64,000 nt of DNA from the IMG/VR virus record IMGVR_UViG_3300028283_000231; one strand, written 5' to 3'. This DNA is from a virus (Duplodnaviria; Caudoviricetes). The position numbers were made by a program, and so were the translations under genes. The notes beneath the pieces were generated by a model. It ran no database searches, was not told the origin of the DNA, and saw only the letters and a list, made by a program, of their open reading frames with translations. This document shows positions 44,761 to 53,315 of this stretch, piece by piece. Within the stretch, counting starts at the first letter, position 1, and each line of letters opens with the position of its first letter.

Positions 44761-45219
44761 TTTTGTGTTATTGTTTTTTTAATTATATTTGCATTCTGTG
44801 TTATAGTTTTTGATTTTTTAGATTTAATATATAAAGAAAAATTCTAATTACACAGAATGACTAAAAAGTTTGAAGATTTCTTATTTACTGATAAATATCC
44901 AGAAGCTAAGGTTTTAAAATTTTCTGAATATAGAAAAGGATCTTCTGAGTACGGACAATTGTTTCAAGATCTTATGATGGTACTCAGAATGAAAAGAGAA
45001 GAGAATAAGGATTCTGAAACTATAATATTAACAAGTGATGATATAAAAGGATTAGATAGTGATAAACTATTTAATTTGTTATCTGATAAGAAGAAGATGA
45101 GAAAACTTGGTATGAGTTTTGATGTTGAAACGACTAATGACGGTATAATATTTTCAAATTTAGGAAATAAAGAATCAAGACCTTGGGAGAATAAGGAAAC
45201 TCTTGACGAAAAAGCGTAA

Positions 45220-45621
45220 ATGAAAAACGATAGAATTTTACTTGAAAAATTAATTAAAGAAACCGTAGACGATACTATCCTCTGGGTTAAAGCGGATAAA
45301 CCCGATTACGGGTTTACGTCGCAATACGACAAGTGGAAAGGTGAAAAGATGGTCACTGAGAATAAATACGTTGCTTTTATATTAAATTATCACGTAGATG
45401 ATTATAGAACATGTGAATTGAGAACATTTCTGGTTAATGATCTTCTTCAAACAAGAGATTTGATTTACGATATAGACCCAGGATTATTTAGTTTCAAAAC
45501 CAAGAGATTACTTGAAGAATTGATTGGTATTATAAACAAGAAACATAAAGAAAAAATTGCTTCAAGAGTGAAAGAAATCATTGGACCTATCAATAAAAAC
45601 TGGGAAGAAGTAGTTTACTAA
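45220..45621 (+). CDS. Hypothetical protein, member of a dispersed paralogous domain family
   Basis: LIKETVDDTILW...VTENKYVAF. Confidence 0.6.
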   Translation: MKNDRILLEKLIKETVDDTILWVKADKPDYGFTSQYDKWKGEKMVTENKYVAFILNYHVDDYRTCELRTFLVNDLLQTRDLIYDIDPGLFSFKTKRLLEELIGIINKKHKEKIASRVKEIIGPINKNWEEVVY

Positions 45622-46162
45622 AACACAATTAAAATAATGAACACAGAAGAGATTAAACACATCTTCTCTTTACCACACGTTAAAGAAGAAGTTAAAAGAT
45701 ATATGACTGGTTTCAAAGGCGAAGCTAGAGATACAAAAGAAGCATATTTTATCTTCGCTAAATATATGAAACGCGAAGATATAACAGACGAAGAAAAGAA
45801 AATATTTAAAGATCAAATGATCGATCTTTTAAAAGGAGTCGGCGTGGTTGTACCATTCCAATTAATTCCTTTACCATTCGTGAGCACTATACTAATGATG
45901 TTAACAGAACAGGTAGCTAACGAAATGGGTATCAAGATATTACCAAGTTCTTTTTACGAAAAAGAAAAAGAAAAAGAAGAAAAAATAGAGGTATAATTTT
46001 TTTAATTCAAACAAACGACGTATCTTTGTATAACAATTAGAAATAATAGAAAGATATGATAGTAGAAGGATTTGGAATATTAATGTTAGGACTCTGTGTA
46101 GTAGCAGTAGGATTAGAAGTTAAGAATACGTTCAAATTTGGAAAAAAGTGACTTTTTTTTCA

Positions 46163-46179
46163 AAATATATAAAACAAAG
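46163..46179 (+). promoter_or_regulatory. Promoter of tRNA operon 1
   Basis: aaatatataaaacaaag is identical to 58025-58041. Confidence 0.7.
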
Positions 46180-46221
46180 ACAAAAAGATAGAATACAAAC
46201 AATATTAAAAAAATAGAAATC

Positions 46222-46317
46222 ATGTTATACACATCTAAACATAGTAAACATTTTAGTTCATCATCCAAGTGGTTTACCACATTCGGGGTTGAAACGGATT
46301 TGCTATGTGTTAGCTGA
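46222..46317 (+). CDS. Attenuator leader peptide 1 (MLYTSKHSKHFSSSSKWFTTFGVETDLLCVS)
   Basis: Manual translation; core S/K/H/F/W matches the downstream tRNAs; contains antiterminator segment ttcggggtt (46282-46290). Confidence 0.75.
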   Translation: MLYTSKHSKHFSSSSKWFTTFGVETDLLCVS

Positions 46318-46337
46318 TACAAACATAGTAATAACGG

Positions 46338-46375
46338 AAAACCCCGAACTCAAAAAGTTTGGGGTTTTTTGTTTT
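46338..46375 (+). terminator. Intrinsic terminator/attenuator before tRNA operon 1
   Basis: aaaaccccgaact-caaaa-agtttggggtttt followed by a U-rich tract. Confidence 0.88.
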
Positions 46376-46393
46376 AATAAAGTTCTTAAAAAT

Positions 46394-46464
46394 ACGGGTG
46401 TAGCACAATGGCAGTGTGACGGTCTCCAAAACCGCTGATGGGGGTTCGAATCCCTCCACCCGTG
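46394..46464 (+). tRNA. tRNA-Trp(CCA)
   Basis: Cloverleaf; anticodon arm acggt-ctCCAaa-accgc; GTTCGAATC. Confidence 0.92.
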
Positions 46465-46498
46465 CAAAGTGTTCATTGAAATATTGATTTAATTTATT

Positions 46499-46614
46499 GG
46501 GGAAGTAGCTCAGTTGGTAGAGCAACGTAAAAACGTAATTTGGCATAAATTACTAACAGCAAAACAAAACGCCTTCTAAGCCGTTGGCCACTGGTTCGAG
46601 TCCAGTCTTCCCCT
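46499..46614 (+). tRNA. tRNA-Arg(TCT) interrupted by a 43-nt insertion in the anticodon stem
   Basis: Removing 46528-46570 restores acggc-ctTCTaa-gccgt. Confidence 0.7.
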
Positions 46615-46621
46615 CTTATAT

Positions 46622-46696
46622 GGTGCTATTAGCTCAATCGGTAGAGCGCATGCCTGTGGAGCATGAGGCAATGGGATCGAAACCCATATAGCACCC
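46622..46696 (+). tRNA. tRNA-His(GTG)
   Basis: catgc-ctGTGga-gcatg; atypical T-loop GATCGAAA; C73. Confidence 0.85.
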
Positions 46697-46697
46697 T

Positions 46698-46774
46698 GTG
46701 TTTGTAGCTTAATTGGTATGAAAAGCGCAAGATTGTGACTCTTGTAGATACGGGTTCGACTCCCGCCAAACACC
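46698..46774 (+). tRNA. tRNA-His(GTG)
   Basis: caaga-ttGTGac-tcttg; C73. Confidence 0.88.
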
Positions 46775-46779
46775 CAACT

Positions 46780-46860
46780 ATGTAATGAAGTAGCTGAAAC
46801 CAGATAACGCAACTGGTCTGCCTTCCAAACTCGGAGAGAGTCCGACTCACTTCATTACAT
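46780..46860 (+). ncRNA. tRNA-like RNA with 12-bp terminal stem
   Basis: atgtaatgaagt/acttcattacat plus two internal hairpins; no canonical anticodon loop. Confidence 0.5.
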
Positions 46861-46864
46861 ATAT

Positions 46865-46936
46865 GGTCGGGTAGCTCAGGGGTAGAGCGTCAGCCTGAAG
46901 AGCTGAGCGTCGGGGGTTCAATTCCCTCTCCGACCA
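46865..46936 (+). tRNA. tRNA-Phe(GAA)
   Basis: tcagc-ctGAAga-gctga. Confidence 0.92.
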
Positions 46937-46941
46937 CACAA

Positions 46942-47014
46942 GGTTCCGTAGCTCAATTGGCAGAGCACCACACTTTTAATGTGGGGGTTATGGGTTCGAT
47001 TCCCATCGGGGCCA
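46942..47014 (+). tRNA. tRNA-Lys(TTT)
   Basis: ccaca-ctTTTaa-tgtgg. Confidence 0.93.
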
Positions 47015-47094
47015 CGAAAGCGGGAGTTCATGGTTCGAGTCCATGTGAGGGGTCGGCCGACCTTTATAGTGAAATGGTTATCATGCCCGCCATT
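47015..47094 (+). other. tRNA halves in permuted order (3' half, then 5' half)
   Basis: gcggg + T-arm + acceptor 3' strand, ggcc linker, then acceptor 5' strand + D-arm + cccgc. Confidence 0.55.
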
Positions 47095-47180
47095 GGAGAC
47101 ACCTATTGGCGCAGTTAGCTACCTCGAAAATAGTGAAGTCGATGAGAGTCGATGTGAAGGTTCAACTCCTTCTGTCTCCG
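47095..47180 (+). tRNA. tRNA-Ser(CGA), atypical D-arm
   Basis: ggagaca/tgtctcc acceptor, ctCGAaa loop, long variable arm, G73. Confidence 0.75.
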
Positions 47181-47241
47181 CAGGATTAGAGACTGTTATA
47201 ATTTCATAGTACTACCATATAAGGAAGCGTAGAAATTAAAT

Positions 47242-47326
47242 GGAAGATTGACTGAGTGGTCTATAGTGCACGCTTGGAAAGCGTGTGGGTGTAACAGCTC
47301 CACAGGTTCGAATCCTGTATCTTCCG
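47242..47326 (+). tRNA. tRNA-Ser(GGA)
   Basis: cacgc-ttGGAaa-gcgtg, long variable arm. Confidence 0.92.
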
Positions 47327-47334
47327 CAAAATAT

Positions 47335-47423
47335 GGAGAGTTGGCAGAGAGGTAATGCACCAGTTTGCTAAACTGCGGTCTGCGGTAGCACCAGCGGGGG
47401 TTCGATCCCCTCACTCTCCGCCA
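47335..47423 (+). tRNA. tRNA-Ser(GCT)
   Basis: cagt-ttGCTaa-actg, long variable arm, encoded CCA. Confidence 0.9.
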
Positions 47424-47428
47424 AAAAT

Positions 47429-47509
47429 GTGGTTGTAGCTGAGACGGTTTAGCATCGGGTTGAAGCCCCGAGATAGGACAGGACGGTGGTTCGATTCCGC
47501 CCAATCACA
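47429..47509 (+). tRNA. tRNA-Phe(GAA) with enlarged variable region
   Basis: tcggg-ttGAAgc-cccga. Confidence 0.8.
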
Positions 47510-47518
47510 CAAATAACT

Positions 47519-47605
47519 GGAGGGTCCTATGTGGCGCAGTTAGCTGTCTTGAAAACAGTGAAGTCGGCGAGAACCGGCGTGGGAGTTCGACTCTCCCATC
47601 CTCCG
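47519..47605 (+). tRNA. tRNA-Ser(TGA), atypical D-arm
   Basis: gctgt-ctTGAaa-acagt, long variable arm, G73. Confidence 0.82.
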
Positions 47606-47657
47606 CAATGGCGATGATAGTAACGCAGTTTGAAATAGAACAAATAACCTATCACAC

Positions 47658-47735
47658 GCGTCTGTAGCTCAGATGGTAGATACAAGCACCACTCTTTTAA
47701 AGTGGGGGTCGTGGGTTCGAACCCCACCAGGCGCA
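47658..47735 (+). tRNA. tRNA-Lys(TTT) with enlarged D-loop
   Basis: ccact-ctTTTaa-agtgg. Confidence 0.85.
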
Positions 47736-47751
47736 CAAAAAATTAAATGAT

Positions 47752-48483
47752 ATGAAATACTTAATAGGAATACAACCAACAGGAAAACTACATATAGGAA
47801 ACTATCTTGGATGTCTGGCAAAAGGTTTACGCCTTCAAAACGAAGGTCACGACGTCACATTCCTTATAGCAAACTATCATAGTATGACCACTGGTTCATA
47901 CACAGAAGAAACTGAAAATGAGTTAGTTAGATTGGGTTGTAAAAATATAAAGCGTCAAACACCTGAGTACACAGAGAAGTTCTTTGAATTATGTTGTAAA
48001 ATGAATTTGGGTCAACTTTTAAAGATGCCTCAATACAAAGATAAGAGAGACAAGGTGGAATATGATTTAGGATTACTTTTATATCCAGTGTTAATGACGG
48101 TAGATATAATAATCAACGATCCAGATGTGATTATTGTAGGATTAGATCAAGTGGCTCATATAGAATTAGCTAATGATATAGCAAAAAGAGTAGGAATAGA
48201 TAAACATTTTGAGTACGAACTGGGGGATATAAATAAGATAATGTCTTTGATAGATCCAACAATTAAAATGTCTAAATCATCTGGTGAAAAACACGTTCTT
48301 TATATCTTTGATGAAAACTATAAAAGTAAATTGAAGAAGGCTAATATGAATGACGAAGGATTACTTAATTTGAGAAAGATTGGTGATTTCTTTGGAATAG
48401 AAAGATGTGATTCAAATTTTGAATATAAAATGAGATTAGCTGAAGTATTAGAAAAAACCTTCCAAGAGGAAGAAGTCTTCTGA
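47752..48483 (+). CDS. trpS: Tryptophanyl-tRNA synthetase, minimised (243 aa)
   Basis: GIQPTGKLHIGNYLG (HIGH), YPVLM..DI, VGLDQVAH, KMSKS. Confidence 0.88.
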   Translation: MKYLIGIQPTGKLHIGNYLGCLAKGLRLQNEGHDVTFLIANYHSMTTGSYTEETENELVRLGCKNIKRQTPEYTEKFFELCCKMNLGQLLKMPQYKDKRDKVEYDLGLLLYPVLMTVDIIINDPDVIIVGLDQVAHIELANDIAKRVGIDKHFEYELGDINKIMSLIDPTIKMSKSSGEKHVLYIFDENYKSKLKKANMNDEGLLNLRKIGDFFGIERCDSNFEYKMRLAEVLEKTFQEEEVF

Positions 48484-48565
48484 GGTAGCTCTGGTATAGG
48501 TTCGCGCGCAGGGTCTATATTGGGAATTAGCAAAAGGAAGAGCAACTCACAAATCTTGGAAGAAT

Positions 48566-48640
48566 GGGATCATAGGTCAATTGGTAAACTAGTAGACTTT
48601 TAATCTACGGCTCCGGGTTCGACCCCCGGTGGTCCCACCA
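48566..48640 (+). tRNA. tRNA-Lys(TTT)
   Basis: gtaga-ctTTTaa-tctac; encoded CCA. Confidence 0.92.
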
Positions 48641-48645
48641 AACAC

Positions 48646-48717
48646 ACGTCTATGGTGTAATGTGCAGCACAAAGGCTTCCAAACCCTTTTGTCCGAGTTC
48701 GAATCTTGGTAGGCGTA
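48646..48717 (+). tRNA. tRNA-Trp(CCA), one anticodon-stem mismatch
   Basis: aaggc-ttCCAaa-ccctt by cloverleaf register (a TCC reading is less well paired). Confidence 0.65.
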
Positions 48718-48719
48718 CA

Positions 48720-48833
48720 AAAGTTAAGTGGCGAAACTGGTAACGCTTGGGGATAAGCTCTCTATAAAAACCTGTGATGGGTTAGTAAGTCTAAATCTTC
48801 GGATAGTATAGGTTCGAGTCCTATCTTAACTTT
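48720..48833 (+). ncRNA. Enlarged tRNA-like RNA / pseudo-tRNA
   Basis: aaagttaag/cttaacttt acceptor-like stem, D-loop tggcgaaactggtaacgc, intact T-arm, extra hairpins. Confidence 0.5.
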
Positions 48834-48838
48834 TATTT

Positions 48839-48911
48839 GGGTTCATAGGTCAATTGGTTAAACTAGTAGACTCTTAATCTACGGCTCTGGGTTCGAATCC
48901 CAGTGAACCCA
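48839..48911 (+). tRNA. tRNA-Lys(CTT)
   Basis: gtaga-ctCTTaa-tctac; near-copy of 48566-48640. Confidence 0.92.
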
Positions 48912-48916
48912 CAAAC

Positions 48917-48989
48917 GGGATGCTAGCTCAACTGGCAGAGCTGGACACTCTTAATGTTCAGGTTCGGGGTTCGAGTCCCCGGCGTCCCA
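48917..48989 (+). tRNA. tRNA-Lys(CTT)
   Basis: ggaca-ctCTTaa-tgttc. Confidence 0.9.
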
Positions 48990-50160
48990 CAGTTAGGTTT
49001 TTTTACAATTTTTACATTTTTTCAGAACCATAATTTTATATATCTTAGCACCTTCTTTGTTTGTAGAAGCCAGGAATGTTACTTTCACTGTTCCTTTTCT
49101 AGTGAAAGTCATTTTCTTACCAGTTATATCGTATGTTATTAAACATTCTTTCCCGTTTTCTTCTGCTACTATATTAAGTTCGTAATCTTCCTTTTTAATT
49201 TCTTTTATTTCGCTATATAAGTGAACAACACTAGTTTGTTCTTCTTTCCTTAATTGTTTATCTCTCGATAAGTATATAGTGAAAGGCTTCTCTATATCTA
49301 CTTTCAGATTCTGGTTGAACTTCATCCACTAATGGTAAAGGTTTAATTAATAAATCTTTAACAGATTTCCATGTCAACTTTTCTTTTAAAAAATCGTCGA
49401 AGTGTGTAATGTTTTTTAAATTTTTCATCGTCCAGATTTTTTTATTGCTATATATTGTTTTAATTTTGCAAAAATAAAACAATTAATAAGTTATATACTA
49501 TATTAGAGGTAATTAAGGATCATTTATGAAGATATTTTTAACAATTATATTATTAGTATTATCTAATATAAATTTATATTCACAAGAAGGCGTTGGTAAG
49601 TTTAAAATAAACAAATCTACTGTTGATGTAATCAAAGACGTAGAAAGTGAAATTGGTAAAACTTACGATATTACCAACGTCTTGGAGTTTTATAACAATC
49701 ATTATATCAATGGTGATTTGAAATTCCAAGAGATAATTATGGACACTACTACTAATTGTAAAAATTCTAGAATATTTTATATATCAGAATACACTATATC
49801 TAATATCAAATTAAAGGAAATTTATTTAGTTTTCTTTAAAGACTTGCTTGTAGAATTCAGATGTGATAAGAGTAAAGAACTAGATATATTATTTTCTAGA
49901 AAATATGGAAGACCTTACGTGTTTCAGAAATTATCACCAGATATGGTTTCCAACACTTTAAAGTACGACGAACATATGACCAAATTTGTTTGGAGGGAAA
50001 GTAATATAACTACTATATCATTTGAAAAGAAACAGGTATTTGACGGTATTGTTAGAGACGCTGGATCATATTTTATCATATATGACGTGACTTACAGAAA
50101 AATTATTGAAGATTGTGATATTTTTAACGATAATTTTGAAAATAAAATAATTTATTAACT

Positions 50161-50625
50161 ATGTGTGAATTAAACTCTTTAATTGAAAAGGCTAACAAAG
50201 CTTCAACAGAAAAAGGTTTTTGGGAAGATTACGATAATATGATTAAGAAAATGAAAGGTCTTCCCAAACAATTTATTCAATCTGATATTGATAGAATCAA
50301 ATTAGCTTTCTACAATGAAAAAATATCTTTAATATCTTCTGAGCTTGGTGAAGCCACTGAAGCTATGAGAATAGGAAAATATTGTGCTTTGAACGAAGAT
50401 GGTTTGAAAAATATTAAAGATCTTCTCGATGAAGAGAATAGTGGTTTTAAATATCAAGGTGCTTATATTACTCATATTAAAGATACATTTGAAGACGAGA
50501 TTGCTGATTCTTTCATCAGATTATTTGACTTGTGTTACAAGATGGGTATTGATATTGAGACCTTTATCTTAATGAAGATGGAGTATAATATGCTCAGAGA
50601 TTCTAAACACGGTAAAAAGTTCTAA
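50161..50625 (+). CDS. MazG-like nucleotide pyrophosphohydrolase
   Basis: SELGEATEAMR and EDEIADSFIRLFDL. Confidence 0.75.
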   Translation: MCELNSLIEKANKASTEKGFWEDYDNMIKKMKGLPKQFIQSDIDRIKLAFYNEKISLISSELGEATEAMRIGKYCALNEDGLKNIKDLLDEENSGFKYQGAYITHIKDTFEDEIADSFIRLFDLCYKMGIDIETFILMKMEYNMLRDSKHGKKF

Positions 50626-50669
50626 TAAATTTTTTTATTTAGATATTTATTATTACTTTCGTTAAAATA

Positions 50670-51200
50670 ATGCTTACTATGGAAGAAAAATATAAAGAGC
50701 TATTATCTTGGATTGATGATGTTCTTGAAAGTAAGAAAGTATCTATATTAATGAATGACCATATATCTGGTTTCATTGCGTCTAAAATTGCCTCAAATAA
50801 AGTTGGTAAAGATAACGTTGTGAACGTTATAATCCCTTGCTATTCAAACACAGAATACATTTTAACATCAGCCTTGTTTAGCAACGAACAAGGTATTAAA
50901 TATAAAAGTATAGGTATAAAACACGTTTTTGATTCTATAATGGAAAAAGACATAGAAGACGAAGATTCTATTGATATTACTAATATTCTTCGTGGACATA
51001 TCATGGAAGAAATTAGTCTTAAAAATAAGAGTGTTGTATTTGAATTTGTAAAAAAAGAGGGGTCAGGATGGTGGAGAGCTGATGGCAACTACGCTTTCAG
51101 AATTCTTCGTCCCAATAACGAACAAGAGTTAATATGGTCTTTTGATTTTTCAGAAAAAGAATTGATTGAATTTGCTAAATATTTAGGCATTGATGGATAA
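50670..51200 (+). CDS. Degenerate NAD-synthetase-like N-terminal domain
   Basis: SGFIASKIA...GKDNVVNVIIPCYS resembles NadE, but the SGGxDS loop is lost. Confidence 0.45.
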   Translation: MLTMEEKYKELLSWIDDVLESKKVSILMNDHISGFIASKIASNKVGKDNVVNVIIPCYSNTEYILTSALFSNEQGIKYKSIGIKHVFDSIMEKDIEDEDSIDITNILRGHIMEEISLKNKSVVFEFVKKEGSGWWRADGNYAFRILRPNNEQELIWSFDFSEKELIEFAKYLGIDG

Positions 51201-51552
51201 TTTCATAGATACACCTGAACTTTTCCTGGAAACAACTATCAATGATACCTGGAAAAATAAACTCATTTGGATCAAAGAGTTATTGGAGTACGGTTCTAAA
51301 TATACTGTTCTCATTCCAGTTATAGGTTATAAATATCTTAAAATAGAAACATTAGATATTGGTCAACCTTCTTTTGTTAAAGCTGAATATCATACAGGAG
51401 TAGCTAAAAATAAAGTGGACTTTATATCATTGAAGGCACACGAACACCCAGAAAGAATACAAAGATTAATACTAGCAATAAGAAGGCAACAAGACGCAAA
51501 AAATTAAAATAGTTATTAGTTATTATATCATGATTTTGCATGATCTTATAAA

Positions 51553-51771
51553 TTGTTGATTATGAAAGAGGGAGAAGATTATTTTGTTTGGCACTGTGGA
51601 ACTAAATTCGACGATGAAGGTACTTTAATTACTGATGGTGGTAGAGTTCTAGCTGTAACAGCGATGGGAGAAACACCGGAAGAAGCTTTAAAAAGGGCTT
51701 ACGAAGTAGCTGAGAAAATTCAATACGAAGGTAAATATTATAGAAAAGACATTGGTCAGGATTTATTATGA
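51553..51771 (+). pseudogene. PurD (GAR synthetase) C-terminal domain fragment
   Basis: HCGT...LITDGGRVLAVTAMG.T.EEA..RAYE....I.YEGKYYRKDIG; no N or ATP-grasp domain upstream. Confidence 0.7.
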
Positions 51772-51936
51772 AAAAAGAAGAAGAAATAAAAGAAAAATTA
51801 GAGTGTGCATTAATCGCGTTAAAGACATACGAAGACTTTGATGAAGTAGGATATGCCACATATAAAGGGTGGATTGATGCACTTAAATGGGTATTAGAGT
51901 CGGAAGACAAACTTACATGGATAAAGGATAAAACAA

Positions 51937-52389
51937 ATGAAAAATAAATTAAGTATAAAAAATAAGAAAGCATTTTTCAATTACGAAATTATTGAAAGTG
52001 AAGTAGCTGGGCTAGTTTTACTTGGAACAGAAGTAAAATCCATAGTGGATGGTAAAATCAGTTTTACAGACGCTTATTGTGATTTTGTAGAAAACGAATT
52101 ATGGCTTAAGAATTTTCATATCAGTGAATATGAAAAGGCTGCAGAAAATCACGATCCTAAACGTGATCGTAAACTCTTGTTAACTAAACAACAGTTAAAT
52201 AAATTCAAAAAGAAATTTGACGAGAAGGGATTAACTATTGTTCCTCTTAATATTTTCATTAATACTAAAGGACTTGTTAAAATGGATATTGCTCTAGTGA
52301 GGGGTAAGAAACAATATGATAAAAAAAATACAATTGCTGAGAGAGAAGAGAAAATTAGAATAAAAAGAGATTTTAATATTAATATATAA
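51937..52389 (+). CDS. smpB: SsrA-binding protein
   Basis: NKKAFFNYEI, AGLVLLGTEVKS, HDPKRDRKLLL, GLTIVPL, RGKKQYDK. Confidence 0.95.
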   Translation: MKNKLSIKNKKAFFNYEIIESEVAGLVLLGTEVKSIVDGKISFTDAYCDFVENELWLKNFHISEYEKAAENHDPKRDRKLLLTKQQLNKFKKKFDEKGLTIVPLNIFINTKGLVKMDIALVRGKKQYDKKNTIAEREEKIRIKRDFNINI

Positions 52390-52409
52390 GGAAAAGAACT
52401 TTATGTATT

Positions 52410-53315
52410 ATGAACAATTTTAAAATAAAAAATCTAAAGACCGATAGAAGTGTATTTTTAGAAAGATATTTAATTGAAAATTATTCGGTAAAATCAAAAG
52501 ATGATATAACGAAGGAATTGGGGTTATCTTGGAATTATATACAAAAATTAGTTTGTTTATTTGGGTTAAAAAGGGAATTTAATGAGTTTAAATATAGTTT
52601 TTCTATAAAGAAATTATTGGAATTTGATAATATGTCTTGTTACTGGTTGGGGTTTATATTAGCTGATGGACATATATCAAAAGTTAAAAATATTCAAATA
52701 AATTTGGCGATAAAAGATAAAGAACATTTATATGAACTGGAAAAATATGTGGGTCATAAAATAAGCAAATATGAGGATAATACTAAAATTAGATGTATTA
52801 TACAGGATAAACCAACAATAAATCAAATATCAAAAATGTTTAAATGGAAAACCAATAAAACAAAAAATCCACCAGTGATACCTCCGATAATAAGAGGAGA
52901 TAAATTATTTAGTTTAATAATAGGATTTATAGATGGAGATGGAAGCGTATCGAAAAAAGGAGATTGTATAAGAATAAAATGTGACAATACGTGGAAAGAT
53001 ACAATAGAAGAATTCTATGAAAATATAACTGGTGAAAAAAGAGAATTTGATATAACCTCTGATAATTGTTCAATTATACGCATAACAAAATATAAAGAAT
53101 TAGAAAGAATAAAAAATAAAGCTAATATGTTGGGACTTCCAATTATGAGAAGAAAGTGGGATAGAATTATAGACAATAGGATCGTAAAATCTGATAAATA
53201 TTTAATTGTTGAGAATTTATTGAAATTAAATAAAAGTGTAAATGAAATAATGAAAGAAACAAATTTTAGCGAGTCGTTTATATATAAAATTAAATCAAAC
53301 ATAAAAAATTACTAA
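52410..53315 (+). CDS. LAGLIDADG homing endonuclease
   Basis: YWLGFILADG and IIGFIDGDG. Confidence 0.85.
   Translation: MNNFKIKNLKTDRSVFLERYLIENYSVKSKDDITKELGLSWNYIQKLVCLFGLKREFNEFKYSFSIKKLLEFDNMSCYWLGFILADGHISKVKNIQINLAIKDKEHLYELEKYVGHKISKYEDNTKIRCIIQDKPTINQISKMFKWKTNKTKNPPVIPPIIRGDKLFSLIIGFIDGDGSVSKKGDCIRIKCDNTWKDTIEEFYENITGEKREFDITSDNCSIIRITKYKELERIKNKANMLGLPIMRRKWDRIIDNRIVKSDKYLIVENLLKLNKSVNEIMKETNFSESFIYKIKSNIKNY

Noticed and set aside
46180-46375. T-box riboswitch as the control element of the tRNA/synthetase operons
   Set aside because: No GGTGGNACC T-box consensus or stem I specifier architecture in either leader; a translated leader explains the layout.
47095-47605. Selenocysteine tRNA
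   Set aside because: The anticodons are CGA and TGA, not TCA, and the acceptor stems are 7 bp.
46310-47736. ORFs called across the tRNA arrays (also 58238..58751, 62295..62674)
   Set aside because: They overlap clear tRNA cloverleafs and have no protein-like features.
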